The notes below the pieces were generated by a model that saw only the letters and a program-made list of their open reading frames with translations, had not been told where the DNA came from and ran no database searches. Below, piece after piece: positions 59,433 to 64,000 of a stretch of 64,000 bases of DNA. The position numbers and the translations under genes are program-made. The stretch lies in the NCBI GenBank assembly GCA_050288105.1, contig JBNKDE010000008.1, positions 22,683 to 86,682 of the forward strand, given 5' to 3'. This DNA comes from Gammaproteobacteria bacterium. GTDB lineage: Bacteria > Pseudomonadota > Gammaproteobacteria > GCA-001735895. The stretch's first letter is position 1. Every line of letters starts with the position of its first letter.

Positions 59433-59693
59433 ATGAGCATTCAGAGAAAGGCTGAAAAAGCTGTCAGCCAGCTGGAAGAACTTTTAGCTGAATCCTGGAC
59501 TAAACAACAGGAGCAAGAAGCCCGAAAAATCATCGAAGATGCAATGGGAAAAGCGATAAAAGAAGCCTGTGCAGTCAGTAAAAAGGTGATTTCTGAATGC
59601 TGTAGCGCTGACCAGGATATGGCGCATAAACTGAATGAAGAAATCAAACTGGCCAGAAAAGCATTAATCGCCAACCTGAATAGCCTGCGCTAA
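59433..59693 (+). CDS. hypothetical small helical protein (86 aa)
   Basis: Strong RBS (GAGGAG 7 nt upstream of the ATG), all-helical charged sequence, no recognisable motif. Confidence 0.35.
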   Translation: MSIQRKAEKAVSQLEELLAESWTKQQEQEARKIIEDAMGKAIKEACAVSKKVISECCSADQDMAHKLNEEIKLARKALIANLNSLR

Positions 59694-59766
59694 CCCTATT
59701 CCTCTACTCGCACAGCGGAATCGGCGTTATAATCCATGACGATTCAGGTTAACCAGTAAGACAGAT

Positions 59767-60252
59767 ATGACGAATGCCCGCATTGGTCACGGGTTTGATG
59801 TTCATGCTTTTGCCGATGGCAAAGCGATTATACTCGGCGGCGTAGAAATACCTTTTAATAAATCCTTTATTGCGCATTCTGATGGCGATGTGCTGATTCA
59901 TGCACTGTGCGATGCTATGTTGGGTGCTGTTGGAGAAGGCGATATCGGGCAGCATTTCCCGGACAGCGATCCCCAGTATAAGGGGCAGGATAGCCGGATT
60001 TTTCTGCAGCAGGTTTACCAGATTGTTAGACAGAACGGCTTTCAACTGGTGAATGCAGACATTACTATCATCGCACAGGCACCCAAAATGACGCCACATC
60101 TATACGATATGAAGCTGAATCTATGTGACGACCTCGATTGTGACCTTTCCTGTATGAATATCAAGGCAACCACCACCGAACATCTGGGGTACATTGGCAG
60201 AGGTGAAGGCATTGCGGTGCATGCTGTCGTACTGCTGGAGAAACTGATATGA
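59767..60252 (+). CDS. ispF: 2-C-methyl-D-erythritol 2,4-cyclodiphosphate synthase
   Basis: [11 protein letters not shown] and SDGDV motifs; 161 aa. Confidence 0.95.
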   Translation: MTNARIGHGFDVHAFADGKAIILGGVEIPFNKSFIAHSDGDVLIHALCDAMLGAVGEGDIGQHFPDSDPQYKGQDSRIFLQQVYQIVRQNGFQLVNADITIIAQAPKMTPHLYDMKLNLCDDLDCDLSCMNIKATTTEHLGYIGRGEGIAVHAVVLLEKLI

Positions 60253-61310
60253 GTCTCGGCCCGGTGATGCTGGATGTGGAGGGTTTAACACTCACCCAGC
60301 AGGATAAAGATCGACTCCTGCACCCACAGACGGGTGGCGTTATTCTATTCTCGCGCAATTACCAATCCCCTCAGCAACTGCAGCAACTGGTCAAACAGAT
60401 TCATCAGTTGCGCTCACCTCGATTGATTGTCGCGGTTGATCAGGAGGGCGGCAGGGTGCAGCGATTTCGTGAAGGTTTTCAGCGCCTTCCGGCGATGGGG
60501 CTGCTCGGCGATCTCTACGATGAAGACAGGCAACAGGCCATGAGTATGGCCGAGAACATCGGCTGGATTATGGCTGCTGAACTGCTTTACTACGGTATAG
60601 ACCTGAGCTTTGCACCGGTACTCGATCTGGGGCATAAGATCAGTAGCGTGATCGGGGATCGAGCGTTTCATACCCACCCCGAGGCGATTGTCAGGCTGGC
60701 AAATGCATTGATTCGCGGCATGAATAGTGCGGGTATGGAAGCGGTGGGTAAACACTTTCCCGGGCACGGCTCGGTGGAAGGGGATTCTCACCATATGATG
60801 CCTTTTGACCGGCGCAGCGAAGCGACGATTATGTCGCATGACCTGATTCCTTTTCAGCGCGTGATTGATAATCACCTCACTGGCATCATGATGGCACATG
60901 TCATCTACGAACAGGTTGATCCAGTCGCGGCAGGTTTTTCCAGCCACTGGATTCAACAGGTATTACGTAAGCAACTGGATTTCCAGGGCGTGGTGTTTAG
61001 TGATGACCTGAATATGGCCGGTGCGGAAATCGCTGGTAGCTTCAGCCAGCGCGCGGCAGCTTCGTTGCAGGCGGGTTGCGATATGTTGCTGGTCTGTAAC
61101 AACCCGCAGGGCGCGGACGAGGTACTGGAATCGCTCAGGGATTACAATAACCCGGTTTCACAGCTGCGCCTGGTGCGATTGCATGGTCGTGCGGTAGAAG
61201 GTCGAAACCTGTTTCATTCGACAAAGTGGTATAGCGCCATCCATCGGCTGGCTGAGTTTATGCAGGCAAGAGAGCTGGCGCAAAGCGATGATCTGTTTGA
61301 GCAGGGTTGA
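60249..61310 (+). CDS. nagZ: beta-N-acetylhexosaminidase (GH3, peptidoglycan recycling)
   Basis: GPVMLDVEG...[11 protein letters not shown]-terminus and KHFPGHG catalytic region; 353 aa. Confidence 0.9.
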   Translation: MSLGPVMLDVEGLTLTQQDKDRLLHPQTGGVILFSRNYQSPQQLQQLVKQIHQLRSPRLIVAVDQEGGRVQRFREGFQRLPAMGLLGDLYDEDRQQAMSMAENIGWIMAAELLYYGIDLSFAPVLDLGHKISSVIGDRAFHTHPEAIVRLANALIRGMNSAGMEAVGKHFPGHGSVEGDSHHMMPFDRRSEATIMSHDLIPFQRVIDNHLTGIMMAHVIYEQVDPVAAGFSSHWIQQVLRKQLDFQGVVFSDDLNMAGAEIAGSFSQRAAASLQAGCDMLLVCNNPQGADEVLESLRDYNNPVSQLRLVRLHGRAVEGRNLFHSTKWYSAIHRLAEFMQARELAQSDDLFEQG

Positions 61311-61473
61311 CACTTTACCGCGCATCAGACCGCTTAAATGGCGTATATTTTACAGGCCAGAGGAATTCTGAATGAATACGTTTACCGCAAGGCATAACTG
61401 GGTTAAATTCAATTAAACTCGAAGCAACACATTCGAAAAAACCGTTCACTTTTAAACCAATGGTCAAAATGGC

Positions 61474-62034
61474 ATGCAGATAAATCAGGCACTGGAAGTC
61501 CATCAGGATGCACAGCAACTATTCAATACTGAGGAAGTTGATCAGGCAATCGCCAGCCTGGCAAAATTAATAGCACAAGATTACGAACAGACATTCCCCC
61601 TGGTTTTGTGTGTGATGAATGGTGGACTGTATCTTACTGGCCAGCTTATGCGTTACTGGGATTTCCCGTTGACAGTGGATTATGTGCATGCCACGCGCTA
61701 CCGGCTATCTACGCTGGGGCGAGACGTGCTATGGAAAGCCTATCCCCAGAACAGCATTAAGGATCGATACGTGATTATCGTGGACGACATCTTTGATCAG
61801 GGATACACCCTGCAGGAAGTCAAAGCTTACTGCGAAAAGCAGGGTGCAAAAAAATGTATTTCCGCCTTCCTGATCCGTAAATCCCATGACCGTAAAAAAG
61901 CAGATATAGAAGCTGATTATGTTGCACTGGAGTGTGATGACTATTATGTCTATGGTTCAGGAATGGATTTTCATTCTCATTTTCGAAATATCTCCGGCAT
62001 TTACGCTATACCGCACGAAAAGTCGGGCAGGTGA
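61474..62034 (+). CDS. hpt: hypoxanthine-guanine phosphoribosyltransferase
   Basis: PRPP-binding motif VIIVDDIFDQGYTL; 186 aa. Confidence 0.85.
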   Translation: MQINQALEVHQDAQQLFNTEEVDQAIASLAKLIAQDYEQTFPLVLCVMNGGLYLTGQLMRYWDFPLTVDYVHATRYRLSTLGRDVLWKAYPQNSIKDRYVIIVDDIFDQGYTLQEVKAYCEKQGAKKCISAFLIRKSHDRKKADIEADYVALECDDYYVYGSGMDFHSHFRNISGIYAIPHEKSGR

Positions 62035-62801
62035 TCTCTATGAGTGACGAAAACAACAATTTGATTGCAGTTGTGGGTGGTACTGGACTGTACTCCATGA
62101 TGGACGATTTTGAGCTGATCCGGCAGGAGATTGTGAATACGCCCTATGGTGAACCGTCGGGTCCTCTGGTACATGGCCTGTTGCATGGTAAACACGTGGT
62201 GTTTCTGGCCCGACACGGTTTTACTCATCGACTGCCCCCGCACAGGATTAATTACCGAGCCAATATCTGGATGTTCAAAAAAGTCGGTGTCGATAGAATT
62301 ATTGCGGTAAACGCGGTGGGTGGCATCAATCCCAATAGTCCTCCAGAAGCGCTGGTTATTCCTGACCAGATTATTGACTATACCTGGGGGCGTGAACATA
62401 CATTTTATGCAGAGGACCTGACCCGGGTCGTGCACATAGATTTTACCAGCCCCTATAGCGAGTCATTGCGAAAAACACTGATAACTGCAGGGAAAAACTG
62501 TGCACTGAATCTGGTAGAAAGTGGGGTTTATGGCTGTACTCAGGGGCCTCGCCTGGAAACCAGCGCAGAGATAAAACGTTTACAACAGGATGGTTGTGAT
62601 CTGGTCGGTATGACGGGTATGCCGGAAGCTTCACTGGCTAGAGAGCTTTCCATGCAATATGCCACTATTGCGGTGGTGGCCAACTGGGGTGCTGGCCTGG
62701 GTGATGCCGAGATTAGCATGGATCAGATAGAAGCATCTCTACAGCGAGGTATGGAATCGGTAAAAACGCTGGTCTCTGAAGCAGTCAAACTTTGCAATTA
62801 G
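62031..62801 (+). CDS. mtnP: S-methyl-5'-thioadenosine phosphorylase (PNP family)
   Basis: AVVGGTG, LARHGFTHRLPPHRINYRANIWMFKKVGVDRIIAVNAVGG and GMTGMPEA blocks typical of MTAP. Confidence 0.85.
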   Translation: MISMSDENNNLIAVVGGTGLYSMMDDFELIRQEIVNTPYGEPSGPLVHGLLHGKHVVFLARHGFTHRLPPHRINYRANIWMFKKVGVDRIIAVNAVGGINPNSPPEALVIPDQIIDYTWGREHTFYAEDLTRVVHIDFTSPYSESLRKTLITAGKNCALNLVESGVYGCTQGPRLETSAEIKRLQQDGCDLVGMTGMPEASLARELSMQYATIAVVANWGAGLGDAEISMDQIEASLQRGMESVKTLVSEAVKLCN

Positions 62802-63563
62802 GTGATTGTGAGCATGACGAAACAGGCTTTTATTTTTGATGTAGATGGTACCCTGGCAGATACCGAACGCGATGGGCACAGGGTCGCTTTCAACCAGGCG
62901 TTTGAAGAATCAGGCCTGAGCTGGTACTGGGATGAAGGAACCTATGGTGAATTGCTCAGTGTTACCGGAGGCAAGGAGCGCATCAGGTACTATGTTGAAT
63001 TGCGCAATAAACCCGAGCGCACTAGAGAAGACCTGGATGATTTGATCAAGCGTCTGCATGCACTAAAAACCGAAAAATACGTTAGCCTGCTGGAACACAA
63101 TGCTATTCCATTAAGACCTGGCGTTAAACGTTTGCTGGACGAGGCCAGAGCCGAAGGCATACGTCTTGCCATCGCGACGACGACCACACCGCAAAATGTC
63201 ACCGCGCTGCTGGAAAATGCCCTGGGCAGTGATAGTGTCAACTGGTTTGAGGTAATCGGGGCGGGTGACATCGTACCGCATAAAAAACCAGCGCCGGATA
63301 TCTACCAGTATGTACTGGAAAAAATGCAGCTGAGTCCCGATCAATGCATTGCTTTTGAAGACTCATTCAATGGCATTAAATCCTCGCAGGCTGCTCAGCT
63401 GGATACCATTGTTACCTATAATGGCTACACCCGTGATGATGACTTTAATGGTGCAAAACTGATCCTCGACCAATTTGGTGACATTGATAATCCGTCGCAG
63501 GTATTACAGCAAAATGGGCAGCACAGTTACCTGACCGTGGATATGATCAGGCAAGCAGTCTGA
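62802..63563 (+). CDS. HAD-superfamily hydrolase (CbbY/phosphatase-like)
   Basis: FDVDGTL motif I, downstream K and DD motifs; 253 aa. Confidence 0.75.
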   Translation: MIVSMTKQAFIFDVDGTLADTERDGHRVAFNQAFEESGLSWYWDEGTYGELLSVTGGKERIRYYVELRNKPERTREDLDDLIKRLHALKTEKYVSLLEHNAIPLRPGVKRLLDEARAEGIRLAIATTTTPQNVTALLENALGSDSVNWFEVIGAGDIVPHKKPAPDIYQYVLEKMQLSPDQCIAFEDSFNGIKSSQAAQLDTIVTYNGYTRDDDFNGAKLILDQFGDIDNPSQVLQQNGQHSYLTVDMIRQAV

Positions 63564-64000
63564 TGAACTACTGCAGTAGCTGCGGGCAATCTGTCAGCCA
63601 GATTATACCCGAAGGTGATAACCGCTTACGTTATGTCTGCAATGACTGTGGCACTATTCATTACAGTAACCCCAATAACGTCTGTGGTGCCATTCTTACC
63701 AGGGAAAATAAAATTCTGCTGTGTAAACGAGCAATAGAACCACGTTACGGTTTATGGACATTACCAGCGGGTTTTATGGAAAATGGCGAAACCATTACCG
63801 AAGCTGCAGCGCGTGAAACTCGCGAAGAAGCCAACGCCGCATCGCATAACTTGAGGCTGTTTGGTGTGTTCAGCCTGCCGCATATTTCACAGGTATACAT
63901 GATGTTCAAAGGGGAGCTATCTGATGGGCAACATTCACCTGGCAGTGAAAGCCTGGAGACTGAATTATTTGCTATTAAAGACATCCCATGGTCGCAGCTT
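63563..64000 (+). CDS. NUDIX hydrolase with N-terminal Cys4 zinc ribbon; 3' end lies outside the window
   Basis: The frame is open from the ATG at 63563, which overlaps the HAD stop as TGATG, to the window end. A CSSCG...CNDCG zinc ribbon is followed by the Nudix box [23 protein letters not shown]. The ORF is absent from the supplied track because no stop falls inside the window. Confidence 0.7.
   Translation, partial: MNYCSSCGQSVSQIIPEGDNRLRYVCNDCGTIHYSNPNNVCGAILTRENKILLCKRAIEPRYGLWTLPAGFMENGETITEAAARETREEANAASHNLRLFGVFSLPHISQVYMMFKGELSDGQHSPGSESLETELFAIKDIPWSQL

Noticed and set aside
60414-60956. 180-aa minus-strand ORF inside nagZ
   Set aside because: It is antisense to conserved NagZ, with no independent support.
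62001-62435. 144-aa minus-strand ORF inside mtnP
   Set aside because: It is antisense to conserved MTAP-family CDS.

Overview
This 64 kb window looks like a gammaproteobacterial chromosome segment with Pseudomonas-like gene organisation and moderate GC content. All calls below are read from the sequence and the supplied ORF translations; no searches were run.

From the 5' end, the window contains:
- a conserved block running mucD/degP-like protease (5' partial), lepA, lepB, rnc, era, recO, pdxJ, acpS;
- a minus-strand operon of a TonB-dependent receptor, a COG2984-like periplasmic binding protein and a GacS/BarA-type hybrid histidine kinase, diverging from cysM;
- a PolB-like exonuclease, rlmD, glnK-amtB and an FAD-linked oxidase;
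- tRNA-Arg(CCT), a glutamine-rich membrane-anchored coiled-coil protein, and a five-gene branched-chain amino-acid ABC transporter (livKHMGF);
- an unusual three-gene operon (MlaC-like lipid-binding protein, MotA/ExbB-like channel, ExbD/MotB-like subunit fused to a long periplasmic coiled coil) immediately downstream of tRNA-Leu(CAA);
- queA-tgt, a YdiF-like CoA-transferase, yajC-secD-secF and a periplasmic rhodanese;
- a late flagellar block (flgGHIJKL, fliC-flaG-fliD-fliS-fliT, fleQ-fleS-fleR) with recognisable sigma-54 and sigma-28 promoters;
- a ~300-bp intergenic region carrying two interleaved families of ~30-nt inverted repeats;
- ppc translationally coupled to an MFS transporter, then a Met/Pro-rich periplasmic protein, ispF, nagZ, hpt, mtnP, a HAD phosphatase and a 3'-partial NUDIX hydrolase.

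No CRISPR array, transposase or integrase is visible. The strongest candidate for an undescribed system is the stator-like MotA/ExbD-coiled-coil/MlaC triad next to tRNA-Leu. The receptor / binding-protein / GacS-like kinase operon comes second.
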